A stretch of DNA of 64,000 bases from Amphiscolops sp. MND2022 (taxonomy: Eukaryota). The notes beneath the pieces were generated by a model, which did no database searches, was not told the origin of the DNA, and saw nothing but the letters and a program-made list of their open reading frames with translations. The stretch is from assembly GCA_964187785.1 (NCBI GenBank), contig OZ076413.1, positions 49,974,001 to 50,038,000 of the forward strand, read 5' to 3'. Position 1 is the stretch's first letter, and every line of letters starts with the position of its first letter. This document shows positions 29,037 to 43,659 of this stretch, piece after piece. Made by a program: the position numbers and the translations under genes.

Positions 29037-29377
29037 GGTTCTAGGACATTACGCCCAAAGACATTACGCCCAAGGAAATTAGGCTATTCAAAGAGAATAG
29101 CAGCGATTTTTTTCAGGTTATTATTTGAAGAGGTTAGCATGTTTGTTGTATGGCTTGGTCGCTTCGCTCCCTTCGCCAAGTAGCAACATTGAGGCATGGC
29201 CATATTGGCACGTCGCTCCGCTTCGCTTCGCTCCTGCATTTAGGGCACTAGGGGTATGTGAGCATAGCTGATTACATTATCGTAATTTCCTTGTGCGTAA
29301 TTTACATTTGGGCGTAATGTCCGCTTTGGGCGTAATGTCCTTGGGCGTAATGTCTTTGGGCGTAATGTCCGGACACC
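29037..29377. mobile_element. MULE-like MITE
   Basis: 9-bp TSD GTCAATGAG (29028-29036 and 29378-29386); GG...CC ends; TIRs of GACATTACGCCCAA repeats. Confidence 0.88.
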
Positions 29378-29638
29378 GTCAATGAGATGTTGTTTCTCCC
29401 AGGTATGATTGTGCTGCCCTTATTCACTTGATGTATCCTAAAAATTACATTACAGTGCCGATTATGAAAATTGAAACTGTGAAAATTCATGTGTGCAATA
29501 ATTTACAAATTTGAAAATGTATTCAGGCTTCCAGTCGTGAATGAATTTTGAAGTCTCTGAAACATGTTTAACGTTACCCCGAAAGCCAATACTTCAAACC
29601 TATATATCCCTTCCATTGCTGTTTTAAGAAATCTTGAA

Positions 29639-30194
29639 CCCTAAATGGACCAGGACATTTCCGGATCCATCCAAAAATCTGGTGTTTAAACTTTAAACCG
29701 CAATATCTTCTAAACTATTCAAGTCCGACAAACGATTTATGGCGCATTCAAAAGACGAGAATCAGAGTGTTCAAATCAATTTTTAAACTGCTGCGCTCAA
29801 AGTTCTTTTGCGCGTCCTCCGACGGCGTGTGGCTTCGCCGCACTGGTTCTGGACTTTGCGCCAAAAATTTGCACACCTCGTGTTTCTGACTGCATTTCAG
29901 AATGTTTCAACACATACTAGTGTCACTTTGACCCAATCTTGATACCAGTGGTATAAAAGGGCCAGAAACGAAATTTGGTAAAACGGAAAATCTGCGCTCA
30001 TTTTTTTTGGTTTTTTGGTCCAATTTTCATGATTTCGGAGACATCATGTCAATATTCCGTGAAATGGCGTGCAATGCTATGTAAAATCGTCTGAAAATCT
30101 CATTCAAGAGTTTTCTTCACCATACGGTAAGCTGATGCGTTTAGAAGTTTGCAGAATTTAACCGGTACGGAATCGTACCATGATCCATTTAGGG
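29639..30194. mobile_element. piggyBac-like MITE (old)
   Basis: TIR CCCTAAATGGA / TCCATTTAGGG; flanks TGAA and TTAT are each one change from TTAA. Confidence 0.55.
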
Positions 30195-31882
30195 TTATAG
30201 CTCTAATGCTTTGTGTATCACCATATTTTCTTTTTGGAGCAATTTTCATAATCGACGCTGTAAAATAATGCATCTACAAATGTATTTTCAAATCTACCAG
30301 AGTTGCTGTGATGTAATCTTTCATTGATTACATTTAAGTGATTGAAATCAATTAAACATAAATTTTCATGGCAACCTTCCGGTAATGCAATACTTTTGTT
30401 TGGAGAAAAATGGTTGTTGATGTATTTATTGCTTCGTTGATGTACGGGAAAGATTCAATGAGGAATCTTTTTTTTTCAACTTCAGAATCTTGTTGAATTC
30501 AATGAAGTAGTTAACAGATGCAGATACCGGAAGTTTTCGAAGGAGCTAACCATTTTTATGGACTGTGTGATGAGGTTTAAAACACTGATCGTATCGTTTA
30601 TCATTAATGCGTTTCTTCTTTAAAATTCACGAGTATTAAAATTTTCCATTTTGTGCAGTTTTCGCTTTTCCAATTGCTTTCCCACTACAATAAAGTACTT
30701 TATCATTCCCGTTGCTATGTCTGTCATATCACGGATACGCACTTTGTTTCCACGAACGTGCCATGTTACATAAAACATGACTGTTTCTATTTTAAATAAC
30801 TAATTGTACAAAATAGAAATCATGCTGTAAAAATCCAGTAATATTTTTACATCAACCTTGGGTTAATTGTGTGAATAAATTTCAATTGTAATATTCGGTA
30901 AATTTTCCAACATTAGATGAATTTAATGTCAAAAATGTCATTTTAAAAACGAGGAATATTTTCAGATTAGGAAAATCAACGAATTGTTTTTTGTATATAA
31001 TCGCTAGGAGACTAGCACCTTATTATTTGTGCCTAAACTCGAAGTCAATCAGGGATGCGAGGAGATCGTGGTCATTTATCTTCTGCATTTAAATGGCAAA
31101 GCTTTTCATTGAAAATTTTGGATGCTTTTTAATGAACTTCATTGGAGGTCCAGTTTAAAAACTACCTGCTAACTTTTCGGAATTTCAGTGAATGGATAGG
31201 ATTAATTTTTGAAGTTGAGTTTGACTTTTTATGAGTTGCAAAAAACTTACTGAGCACCTTATGGGCTGATTTTCCGCAGTTTGAAACCTTGAATAATATA
31301 TGCAACATTATAAGAACAGGTTTGTTTCTCCATTAGAATTTTGTTTTATTTGCAATTAAGAGTTCCTTGATGGCGATTGCAGAGACATCCACAGTCTGCC
31401 TAAGATTCTAGCGAGCCTGAGATATCATCGGCACTATGACACTCCCCCTCTTTTTGGCTTTGTGAGTTTTTTCGAAAGCCATATTTTAAATCCTATATAA
31501 TCAAATAGCTAAGTTTAGGGTACTTATTGAAAATGTTCAAATCTGCCCTCTGATAGACCTGTCTGTAACATTTGAGTCAACGTAGATCGAATTAAGAGAC
31601 TGGATAAAAAACTGATGTTTGTCAATTTGACTATTGTATAGCATTTGTTTAGGAAACAGTTAAGAATATCTCATTATAATATAGTTGCATATTTTTTGTC
31701 TTGAAATTAGGCTTCTCAGGCAAAGCACGCTATATCCGAATTTTGTTTTTGTTTCTAAAGATCTGCGTTTTTTCTATGCGACTTTTTACACTTGCGATAA
31801 GCAAGTGTTATGGGAAAGTGCGGGTGCTTTTTTTTTCCGCGCGACAACTCTCTGATTTCACGCGGCAACTCGCACGTTTCAC

Positions 31883-31955
31883 GCGTTCGTGGTCTAGTGG
31901 TAAGATGCTTGCTTTTCAACCCAGAGGTTTCGTGTTCGAACCCGTGGGTATCCGC
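31883..31955 (+). pseudogene. tRNA-derived sequence (pseudo-tRNA or SINE head) inside a repeat
   Basis: A box TGGTCTAGTGG and B box GTTCGAACCC at tRNA spacing; stems pair poorly; possible TTC anticodon. Confidence 0.55.
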
Positions 31956-33064
31956 TAATTTTTTTTACAAGTATTCCGAGGCAGAAGGTTCTGACTTTTT
32001 TCGGCACTATGAGACTTTTCGGCTTTGTGAGACTTTTTTTCGGCTTTGTGAGACTTTTTTTCGAAATTTTTTAAATGTCCCCAAAGAGTCTTCCTTTCAA
32101 TTTTTTTGATATTTTGCAAGAGAACGAATGTTAAAAAATCCCAAAGGGTCCCTTTTTTCAGAATTTTCGGCACTATGTGACTTAGCGGAAACTTCAAAAA
32201 AATTCGGAAAATCCGTTTTTTTAAAGACCGATCTTTTCTATGCGACTTTTTTAAAATTTGTTTTCACCGAAGCCCCTGCTCAATTTTTACAAGAAACGAA
32301 ACGTTTTGCGAGAGGACTCCTCAAGGCTTTGCGACTTACCGGAGACCATCAAAAATGTTTTCGAAAAATTTTGAATTTTTTTTCTATTTTCTGTTTAAGG
32401 TTTTCCGTTGAGAAAGAATGGGTTTTTTGCTGTTTTCAGTTGGGGAAGAATGGTTTTCGAGGCTTACGCGTATCCCTTCGGGTATTTTTTGGCGCTGTAA
32501 AATTGATGAAATTTTAATCTCCTTTTATCCTTGGTTTTCCGTATGATATTGCTTATTTGGTTTTCTTCAAAAGTTCGCAAGTGTTTGCGAAGCACTGCTT
32601 CGCCTCTGTGTTTCTAATTTGTTTTCATCGGAGCCCCGTCAATTTTTCTACAAACGAAACGTTTCGCAAGCATAAAGGACTCCCTATGGTTTTCGACACT
32701 ATGTGATTACTGAAGACCTTCACCAAAAAAATTTTCAGAGAAAATTCATTTTTCAATTTTTTGTTTTTTGAAAGGTTTTCGGTTGAGAAAGGTGGATTGC
32801 TGTTTCCAGTTGGGGGAAATCGGTTTTCGAGTTTTATGCATGTCCTTTCGGGTATTTTTTGGCACTGTAAAATTGATAAAAGTTCAATAATAGTGTCCTT
32901 TTGCACATTTAAAAACTTCCCTTTTTTGAACCTTGAGAGGGGCGCCGATTTGGGCCGTTCACTGTTTGTTTTAAGTTGATCAAGTCGTAAAAAAATTGTC
33001 CGACTCCTTAACCCTTGGTTCTCCGTATGATATTGCTTATTTGGTTTTCTCTTCAAAAGTTCCC

Positions 33065-36000
33065 AACTTTCTTCCCAAGTGTGTTTGCGAAGCACGGCTT
33101 CGCCTCTGTATTTAAGATGGAGGCAATCAAATAATTGCACCGGATCTTGAAAATGTCAAAATGACAATAATTTTGAACCTATCACATCAAAGATTGAATT
33201 TTATGATTAGACATTCAAAATTCCTATTCGACTTTGTGATGCGTCCTTTCTGTGGATCACTGCTGGATTAACAAGCCGGGAACGGCGTAAGTCGGCGCAC
33301 CGTCTCAAGGGCAAAGTATTTGATATATTCAAGGGACAGGTATTGAAAGGGCACCGTCTCAAGAGAAAAGTGTTTGATATAGTCAATAGACAGGTATTGA
33401 AACTTTTCAATTATCCTACAGTGCCAAAAACTACCCAAGAAGGTACCCTCGAGAAACAGCTTTTTTTCTGAAGTGGAATCATCAGAAAAGGCTAATTTTC
33501 CTCTGAAAAAAATTGAAATTTTTCTGGGCAAACGGGTTGTCAAAAACCCATAAGTTTGAGAAAAAAATTCAGAAAGTCGCATAGGGGCGAAAAGCCATAA
33601 AGGAGACCCTTTGTGCCCGCTGAACGCTCTTTCCGAACCGGAAACTTCAAAAGAATGAAGGGGCACCTTTTTTGTTGAGAATTTAAAATTTCGGTGGAAA
33701 AAGTCGCACAGCGCCGAAAAACCTTTTTGTCTCAACTTTTCGAAAATCCGAAAAAATGTCCATCCTGGTATTAGGATAACACACGCACCCTTGCTTAGCA
33801 ACCACGCACTCACCCACTACGCCAAGTGGTCTTCTCGTTCTCAAGTTATGTGAAATTCATGAAAATAAATAAATGTGGACGTGCAGAGTGACTGAAGAAA
33901 AAAGTTAGTTTTTTAAATACTCGAAGGGACGCTATTGACAAAATTTCATCATTTTTACACTGCCGAAAAATACTCGAAGGGATACGCATAGAACTCGAAA
34001 ACCACTTTTCCCCCGACTAGAAACATCAAAAACCCCATTTTCGGGTTTTACTTTCGGGAATTATTTTTTTCGGAATTTTTTTCCGGAAAGTTTCATACTG
34101 CTTCATCGCAAAACGCTTTTTTAAGCCGAAAAGATTCATAAAATTAAGATGGTACCCTTTGACCGAACAAAAGTTTTTCGAAGAAATGTCGCATATTGCC
34201 TAAAAAACGAAGGTCTGTTCCGAAACATTCAAAGGTCCACCTCTATGCTCGCAAAACGCCGTTTCTGCTAAAAATCAGAAGTGGCACTTCAGTTGATAAA
34301 ACTTTCAGAAAAAAGTCTCATAGTGCCGAAAAAACAAAGGGGGACCCGAACCTGGTACTCCTGCTTCTCAGACCTCAAAAAATCCCGGTTTGCCTCTATG
34401 CCAAGTGGCAGTTACTATGCCTTTATGCCAGCTAAAAGTCACAACTAACAGCTTATAGAAATTTGCATTGGAAATCTGTCAGTTCGCTGGTCCTAAAAAG
34501 TATTTGCTATAGTGTCGGTTTCTTTTTGTAAACAAGCCGGGAACGGCCCAAGTCGGCGCCATATCTAAGGCTCAAAAATATCAAAAGGACTTCAAAGTGT
34601 CAAGTATTCTCTTCTACAGTACCCGCGTGAGGAAAAATTTTTAAAAATCCGATTTTTTTTGAATTTTTTTCGAAATTTTTTGGTCTCCGGTAAGTCGCAT
34701 AGTGCCGAAAAATTGTAAAAGGGGCCCTTTGGGAGGTTTTGAACATCCATTCTTATGCAAAATAGAAAAAATGAAGGGTGGACCCTTTGGAGACATTAAA
34801 AAAATTTGCGAAAAAAGTCTCACAAAGCCGGAAAAAACCTGCACAAAAAAATTTGATCAAGGACGGGACTCGAACCCACGTCCTTCTGCTTGGCAGACCT
34901 CAAAAAGCCTAATTAACCTCTATGCCAAGTGCCAGCAGTGATAGCTAGCGTTGCAGTTACTGTTAGTGCAGTGAAGTCAGCTCAGCTATTTATAACTCTT
35001 TATAAAATATGTCAGTTCGTTGGTCTTAAAACAAGCCGGGAACGGCCCAAGTCGGCGCCATATCTAAGGCTCAAAAATAACAAAAGGACTTCAAAGTGTC
35101 AAGTATTCTCTTCTACAGTACCCGTTTGAGAAAAAATTGAAAAAAAAATCCCATTTTTTTGAAATTTTTTAAATTTTTTTGGTCTCCCGTAAGTCGCATA
35201 GTACCGAAACTTTCTTCCCAAGTGTGTTTGCGAAGCACGGCTTCGCCTCTGTATTTAAGATGGAGGCAATCAAATAATTGTACCGGATCTTGAAAATGTC
35301 AAAATGACAATAATTTTGAACCTATCACATCAAAGATTGAATTTTATGAATAGACATTCAAAATTCCTATTCGACTTTGTGATGCGTCCTTTCTGTGGAT
35401 CACTGCTGGATTAACAAGCCGGGAACGGCGTAAGTCGGCGCACCGTCTCAAGGGCAAAGTATTTGATATATTCAAGGGACAGGTATTGAAAGGGCACCGT
35501 CTCAAGAGAAAAGTGTTTGATATAGTCAATAGACAGGTATTGAAACTTTTCAATTATCCTACAGTGCCAAAAACTACCCAAGAAGGTACCCTCGAGAAAC
35601 AGCTTTTTTTCTGAAGTGGAATCATCAGAAAAGGCTAATTTTCCTCTGAAAAAAAATTGAAATTTTTCTGGGCAAACGGGTTGTCAAAAACCCATAAGTT
35701 TGAGAAAAAAATTCAGAAAGTCGCATAGGGGCGAAAAGCCATAAAGGAGACCCTTTGTGCCCGCTGAACGCTCTTTCCGAACCGGAAACTTCAAAAGAAT
35801 GAAGGGGCACCTTTTTTGTTGAGAATTTAAAATTTCGGTGGAAAAAGTCGCACAGCGCCGAAAACACCTTTTTGTCTCAACTTTTCGAAAATCCGAAAAA
35901 ATGTCCATCCTGGTATTAGGATAACACACGCACCCTTGCTTAGCAACCACGCACTCACCCACTACGCCAAGTGGTCTTCTCGTTCTCAAGTTATGTGAAA

Positions 36001-37352
36001 TTCATGAAAATAAATAAATGTGGACGTGCAGAGTGACTGAAGAAAAAAGTTAGTTTTTTAAATACTCGAAGGGACGCTATTGACAAAATTTCATCATTTT
36101 TACACTGCCGAAAAATACTCGAAGGGATACGCATAGAACTCGGAAACCACTTTTCCCCCAACTAGAAACATCAAAAACCCCATTTTCGGGTTTTACTTTC
36201 GGGAATTATTTTTTTCGGATTTTTTTTCCGGAAAGTTTCATACTGCTTCATCGCAAAACGCTTTTTTAAGCCGAAAAGATTCATAAAATTAAGATGGTAC
36301 CCTTTGACCGAACAAAAGTTTTTCGAAGAAATGTCGCATATTGCCTAAAAAACGAAGGTCTGTTCCGAAACATTCAAAGGTCCACCTCTATGCTCGCAAA
36401 ACGCCGTTTCTGCTAAAAATCAGAAGTGGCACTTCAGTTGATAAAACTTTCAGAAAAAAGTCTCATAGTGCCGAAAAAACAAAGGGGGACCCGAACCTGG
36501 TACTCCTGCTTCTCAGACCTCAAAAAATCCCGGTTTGCCTTTATGCCAAGTGGCAGTTACTATGCCTTTATGCCAGCTAAAAGTTACAACTAACAGCTTA
36601 TAGAAATTTGCATTGGAAATCTGTCAGTTCGCTGGTCCTAAAAAGTATTTGCTATAGTGTCGGTTCCTTTTTGTAAACAAACCGGGAACGGCCCAAGTCG
36701 GCGCCATATCTAAGACTCAAAATAGCAAAAGGACTTCAAAGTGTCAAGTATTCTCTTCTACAGTACCCGCGTGAGGAAAAATTTTTAAAAATCCGATTTT
36801 TTAAAATTTTTTTTCGAAATTTTTTGGTCTCCGGTAAGTCGCATAGTGCCGAAAAATTGTAAAAGGGGCCCTTTGGGAGGTTTTGAACATCCATTCTTAT
36901 GCAAAATAGAAAAAATGAAGGGTGGACCCTTTGGAGACATTAAAAAAATTTGCGAAAAAAGTCTCACAAAGCCGGAAAAAACCTGCACAAAAAAATTTGA
37001 TCAAGGACGGGACTCGAACCCACGTCCTTCTGCTTGGCAGACCTCAAAAAGCCTAATTAACCTCTATGCCAAGTGCCAGCAGTGATAGCTAGCGTTGCAG
37101 TTACTGTTAGTGCAGTGAAGTCAGCTCAGCTATTTATAACTCTTTATAAAATATGTCAGTTCGTTGGTCTTAAAACAAGCCGGGAACGGCCCAAGTCGGC
37201 GCCATATCTAAGGCTCAAAAATAACAAAAGGACTTCAAAGTGTCAAGTATTCTCTTCTACAGTACCCGTTTGAGAAAAAATTGAAAAAAATCCCATTTTT
37301 TTGAAATTTTTTAAATTTTTTTGGTCTCCCGTAAGTCGCATAGTACCGAAAC
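33065..37352 (+). repeat. Recent head-to-tail duplication of ~2.14 kb
   Basis: 33065-35207 is nearly identical to 35208-37352; AAC microhomology at the junction; duplicated ORFs in the track. Confidence 0.95.
34860..34927 (-). pseudogene. tRNA-derived segment inside a Helentron-like element (copies at about 37005-37071 and 37497-37555)
   Basis: Minus strand TGGCATAGAGG (A box) ... GGTTCGAGTCCC (B box). Confidence 0.5.
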
Positions 37353-40300
37353 ATGTAAAATGGGGCCCTTTGGAAGTTTTTTAACATCCATGCTTTTGCA
37401 AAATAGACAAAAAAATGAAGGGTGGACCCTTTGGAGATATTTGCGAAAAAAGTCTCACAAAGCCGAAAAAAAATTGCACAAAAAAATTTTGGTCATGGCG
37501 GGACTCGAACCCATGTCATTCTGCTTGTCAGACCTCGAAAAAGCCGTAGTGGCCAAGTGGCAGTGAAGTAGTGTGACACAGTTTAGTGTTAGTGCCGGTT
37601 TAGTGCCAACTTATAAAATTTATAAAATCTGTCAGTTCGTTGGTCTTAAAAAAAGAAGTCACTACTATAGTCTGCGTTTTTCTTCGAAAAGCGCCGACTA
37701 AAAAAAGTGACTACTATATTCTGCGTTTTTCTTCGAAAAGCGCCGACTAAAAAACGCCGACTAAAAACTGTACGACGTCGTTATTTCACTGGCATTAATA
37801 AAAAGACGACATTTCACAGATACATTGGTTAAAACTTATATTTGAAGAGCACATAGAGTACCACATATGAACATGTTTTGTTAATTGATGATTTTGTTGA
37901 CCGATATCTAAAGCAATGTTTCAGTTCATTGAAAGTTACTTTAACCACCAGTAACAAATATATTATTATCTATGCGATAGCAGGTATAGTATTTAAATCT
38001 GAACTTTGCAACTTTTTTCAGTCAACTTCGTACGCGATTCGAGTACCTACTGAAAATTTCTGATATTTTATTAGGCAGTGAGTATAAGCGTTAGATATAA
38101 ATTTTCCAAGCTGCCGGCGACATTCAGTTTCTCGTGCGATGAAATGAGTGAGTGGTAATTATGCATTCATACGCCGAATTCATTGAGATGAAGCGAGCAA
38201 ATGTGCGTAATTATGCTTTCGGACGCCGAGTTATTGAAATGAAGCGAACGGGTCTTAATTATTCGTTCGCCGAGAGCTTCGCCTGCCTTCAAATGCGAAT
38301 ACGAAACTTCGTCTTCGCTGTAGTTTTATTTTCTTTAGTCTGAAAATTATTAAAGGCGGGGTAAACTTGTATAGTGATTAATTGTGCGCTATATAATGAT
38401 TAAACAGGAGTTTTTAGTTAGTTTTTTAGTTATTCCAGATGTTTCTGTTAATGAACATGAAAGCCTAAAAAGCAGAAATAATACTGTGCTCGCAGTGGCC
38501 TATTTTTGGATAAGAATTCTGATTTTGTTCGGACAACTTTGCCTAACCGCTCGAGTTACACAGACGTTGAAAGTTTACAAAACATCCAAATTTGTTCTTC
38601 GATGTCAGTGTGCTTTCGTCACCTTGAATCCAGTTTATTTCTAATTCCAGAAAAATAGACCATCAAAAATGATGAAATGGACATTCAACAATAGCATACG
38701 CTACTATCAGACTATAAAGAGTGCTGTAAAATGCAAATTGGACATGCGAAACCTTCTAGTGAAGTTTCAGAGCAAATTGCTCGAAAAATCAGGCAGTTTT
38801 TTGTTCGCCAAAATGGTTTAGATTTTTATCTGATTATTTACAATTTTTCGAATTTTTTGTTAGCAATATTGGCATTGTTTGAGAATTCTCAGGCAGGACC
38901 GAAAATATCCGAAGATGTCACCCTTAAGTCTTGGAAAACGGTTTTCATTAAACGAAGACCTCATGAAACAAAAAATTTAGAAAAACATCGGAAAAATGTT
39001 TTCGACAAGTCGCATAGTGCCGAGAAACTCTAAGGGAGCCGTGTATGCTCGCAAAGCGCTTTGTTTCTGCTAGGTATTGAAGGAGGGCTTCTGGAAAAAA
39101 ATTCGGAGAATGTCATGTCATATAATGCCGAAAAACCATTTGGGCATAAAAGGGCTTTTTTGCATTTATTCTCACCAGAAATATCAAATACCTCGGATCG
39201 AACATCAAAAATCAGATGTAATGTGTTTTCGATTTTAGAAGGAAAGGAAAATCAAAAGATAAGATTCGAACCTCCGCTTCCTCCCTACTTCATATATAAC
39301 TTCAAAATTGTTATAGTGCGCAATAATTTCGAACCTCCGCCTCCGCCTTAGTAAAACGCAATTTACTTCGGATATAACGTCCGAAGTTCAGATATAGCGT
39401 ACTGGGACAAATGGGAGCACTTTCTCCTCCTTAGGAAAATGAAATTAACTTCGGATATAACGCCAAAGTTCGAATATAGCGCAGTTTTTTTGGACATCCG
39501 CCTCTTTTTTGAAACGCAATTGGGATATATCGTCAGAGACTCCGATATGGCTTTGCTTACCTCTAGGCCAAGTGGCAGTTAGAATCTGTATCAATCTGGT
39601 ATTAATTAAATCTGTCACTTCGCGTCTGTTAAAAAGCCCCTGCTATAGTTTGTTTTTACTTTGTAAGCGCCGACTAAAAACGTTCCCGATTGACAGATGT
39701 ACACTAAGCATAACTGAAACGTCCGTCTTCAGCTGATACTTTCTGAATATTTCATTGCGAGTTCAAGTCCGGAATTTTTTTGTTTACTTCCTGGAACGCG
39801 ATTCCTTCTCTTTCGATAGTTTCTTTTTCTACGTTTTGTTTTCGACCCGATGCGTTTTTAGCACTTTTCCGGCGTATGTGCCGAAAACTGGTTTTCCTAC
39901 TTGTCAGGTTTATATTGAATTATTTCAATTTATGGTCCAGATGTTTCTTAGAATTGTATATGAGGAAGAAAGAATGAAAATGCTGCCTCACCTAGCTGCT
40001 AACATACTACTACTAATAATAATTGAATTTATCAGGGTGCACTATAGATAATAATCCATAATATGCGTACAATATGTTATATATAATCGTAAAGAAATAT
40101 CAACATATAAGTACAAACGTAAAATTAATATAGCCCCTGAAAAGGCTTCCCATAAGCACAGAGGCTTTTCGAGGGGAACCCTTTTGAAAGTTTTTTTGTT
40201 CTTTTTGTGTGGTAGAGATTGACTTTTATTCAACAGTTTCTATCTATCCAGCCAAGAAATTTTAATTGTAAATGAGGTCAATTGATTCACCATTACCAAA

Positions 40301-40399
40301 ATTGTAAATATCTGCAATTTGGTGGTATAAATTTTGAAAAAAATTCTCGTCCAATTCGCATATCAGTTCGTCAGTAGGTAAAACACCCCACTTGCGCAA

Positions 40400-42700
40400 G
40401 GCATTGATGAGTATTATTGCTTGAGAATCTAGCCTATCATTTTCTGTAGGGAGGTTCCAAATGTTTAGACTTCTATTTTTAGGTTGTCTGTTTTGAGTTC
40501 CAATGCTGAGTTTCGAAACCATTTCTTATCTGGTTGAGTGAAAACTTGAGAATCTCGTAGACATGATACTCAAATACTGTTCCGATTTTCAGATCTTCGA
40601 ATTTTTCTGCAACGTTGGTCCTGGTGGGAAGCCTTGAGGCTATCTTCATTACCTTTTTTGGATGCGAAAAATTTTGCGCAATTTGGTTTTCGGGCCCAGC
40701 CCATACAGAAGAACGCCATACTGAACAAGAGGTGATATCAATGATCGAATATATTGTGTTAATTGTTTTTCGTTCAACGTTGCCCTTAATTTGTAAAGAA
40801 TTCCGCTGTTGCGCTAGTTTGGCAGTTACGTGATTAATATTTCATCGAAATTTAATTTTTTATCGAAATGTATGCCCAATTATTTGTAAGTCTCACAAGA
40901 GAAAATTTTATGATCCCCAAAATACTATGTTCGGTTGTTTCACTGACCTTTTCTCGAAAATGACAAACTTTCGTGTCATTGCAATCCAAGTGATTCATAT
41001 TTGTCTTGCTTTGAAACAAATTTTCATCATCGGACTGAGTGTTCAGTTTCTCGATCATTACTGTATCTTCAGCATATTTATAGTTTCACTCTGCATATCT
41101 TCATCGACGCCCAGATCATTGATATAAACAAGAAATAAAAGAGGGCCTAGCATAGATGCGGGACTCCACGTTTTAATATTTTCCCGGTTGAGCATTCATC
41201 TTCAATTTTTACCTACTGAATCCTATTTGTTAATTGAGTCGAAAGTTTATGGGAAAAACCTGATAACGACATGATTCAATTTCTTCAATAAAACGCTATG
41301 ATCAACTGCATCAAATACTTTCCTGGAATCAACAAAAACAGTTCGTTTTAACTTTGGACCTCCAGTTTGCTTCTATTTGTTTGAAAAGCGATGTTGCGGC
41401 TGGGACAGAATCTTTCTTTTTTCCGAACTCGTATTGATTTTCGAAAAGGATTCCAATTTTTTCAAGATAGTGCATCAATCTTTTAGGTAATACTTACTCG
41501 AACAGCTTCGATGAGTTACCCGATGAACAGCTTCGATGAATAGAAATTGGTCTGTAATTGGAAGGTAAGTTTGTTTCTCCGGCTTTGAAGAATGGCATTA
41601 CTTTAGAATTTCTCATACCTTGAGGAAACACGCATGAATATATGCATTCATTGATGGCAGTTTTTAGATAAGGACTAACAAATTGTGATGCTTTCTTCAA
41701 AACCGCCCGCTCAATGCAATCTATCCCGACAGATTTTTTGTTTTTCAATGTGGAAATGTGTTGCATAATTGATTGCAACGGAGGAATATTGATTGCGGTT
41801 GTTCAGCTTGCTGACTTTTCCAATGGTGAGTTAAGATAATGTCTGAGGTATCAACAGTAGTTTTGCAGTAATTGCTGAAATCTTCAACAGATATTTCGCC
41901 ACATTTTGTCACTTGATTGGTAGTGTCTTCCCTTTTTTCACATATCTGAAAAGTTCTTTCGGATTATTGTGACCTAGTTTAGTTTGAACTTCATTTCGCT
42001 ATGCTTTTTGGATTTCCATATTGACTTCATTTCATTTCTTCTTGTATTTCTCCTAATCTGCAACTGATTTTGTTTTGATCCATAACGGATATTGTTTATT
42101 TCTGTCTGCGATGTGTCAATACGATTTGTTTCCTGGGTTCACGTCTTTTCACTTGCCTAATTGGAGAGTATTTGTCTGATTATTCTTTGAATACATGTGA
42201 GATCTTCTGTAGATATGATTCGGCATTTGTATCGTGTTCATCATTTTTACCCAGAGAATGATTCATGAAGAAATGGAACTTTTCACTGTAAACGTAGTTT
42301 TTTTTAAAAAAAAATCCGGTTAGTTGAATAGGAATATTTCTTTCTGTATATGGAGTGTATGCACGTACTAGATGTAGCGGTTTCTCTGGTAGGCTCTCGC
42401 AAGCTAACTAAATCCAACCCTTGAGCTGTCATCAAATTTTCTAACGTAATTCGTGCTGCAAGTCTTTCGTTCAACAAATCAATTTTAAACTCTCCACAAG
42501 CTATCTGCATACCTTCACCATTTTTGTCCAACACCTCTTCAACATGCTCTAGAGACTGACTTCTATTCCTAGATGGTCCACAATAAAAGCAAGAAACTAT
42601 TTTCTTTTTCTTTTTAAAGTCACTAATATTGACTCGTAAGCTTCATCCGTGTGTAGTTTCAGATTCTTTACTTCCATATTCAAGCATTGATCTACGAGAG
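40400..42700 (-). mobile_element. Degraded LINE ORF2 (AP endonuclease and RT)
   Basis: IACGEFKIDLL...EPTRETATSSTCI; LKNKKSVGIDCI...NYRPIS; GVP..SMLGPLLFLVYINDL; KYAEDT; many frameshifts; limits approximate. Confidence 0.85.
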
Positions 42701-43659
42701 GATTATTGAACTTGAATGTTCAGTTAGTAAATTTAATCTATCATCTGATTGTATCTGCAATTTTTGTTCTCGTTTTGCAAATTTTCGCCGCCCGGCAATT
42801 CTGGAGAACTGTGAGATGTTATGCTATTTGAACCCCAGTTTTTCAATTTAATTATGTAAAGAGTTGGCTAGGAACGTGTTAAGGAACGGCTAGAAATAAT
42901 CATTCCTAGTAGGAAGCCTGATAATATATGTATGAAACTTATATGAAACTCTGAAAGTCAAAGACTTTCCACCAATTGTGTACCTAATTTGCGGAGTGAT
43001 GAGCTTTGAGTCTGTATAAATATTTGCTCAATTTAGTTTCAGTTGATTTGAAGATAGTCCAAGAATTTATGTAATTATCAGTCGCGACCATTTGGATGTC
43101 ATCTTGCAGATAATTTTCCATTTGGTGAACTATAAAACTCATGAATTCTCAGCTGCAGTAAACTACGTGTGCAGCTTTTTAGAGGGGTTTCATACATTTC
43201 GAAACATAACCCAAATGATCTTTTAAAGAGTCTTTCAAAGAAAAAGTTTAACTTACTAAATCATTCCCGGAGAAGTTACTTATTTGATGTGAAATGATGT
43301 GAAACATTGAATGGTGTGAAGTTTTTGAAACGACTGCAGTATCTGTGTCCTGTACAACTGTGTAGAGTATTGAAGCTATTGCCCAAAATTCTTAGCTGAA
43401 ATGTCAGTCAAATTGTTTACATCACAGACTGAATCAGTATTGCCCGGGAGAAGTACTGTGGCTGGTTTCTTTGTATTCAATTTGTAAAGCCAGAAATTTA
43501 GCTGAAATCGTCCATGATTATGAATTTTTATTGTACTACTGAGCTGTCGTGTTGAGTTTGATGTGAAGCAATTTTTCCAGTTCGGATGAACTAGAATATA
43601 CCGGTATCAAGTTTACCAATTTTTCTTCATACAGTCTTCCTATCATCCAATCATTGACG

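Larger units (their letters stand above)
31700..37766. mobile_element. Cluster of nested/tandem Helentron/DINE-1-like elements
   Basis: Terminal motif ACAA(G/A)CCGGGAACGGC..AAGTCGGCGC at about 33270, 34531, 35029, 35414, 36677 and 37175; an inverted end near 32940-32970; CGCCGACTAAAAA end repeated three times at 37690-37766. Confidence 0.65.

Noticed and set aside
31883..31955. Functional tRNA gene
   Set aside because: Acceptor, anticodon and T stems pair poorly; kept only as a tRNA-derived relic.
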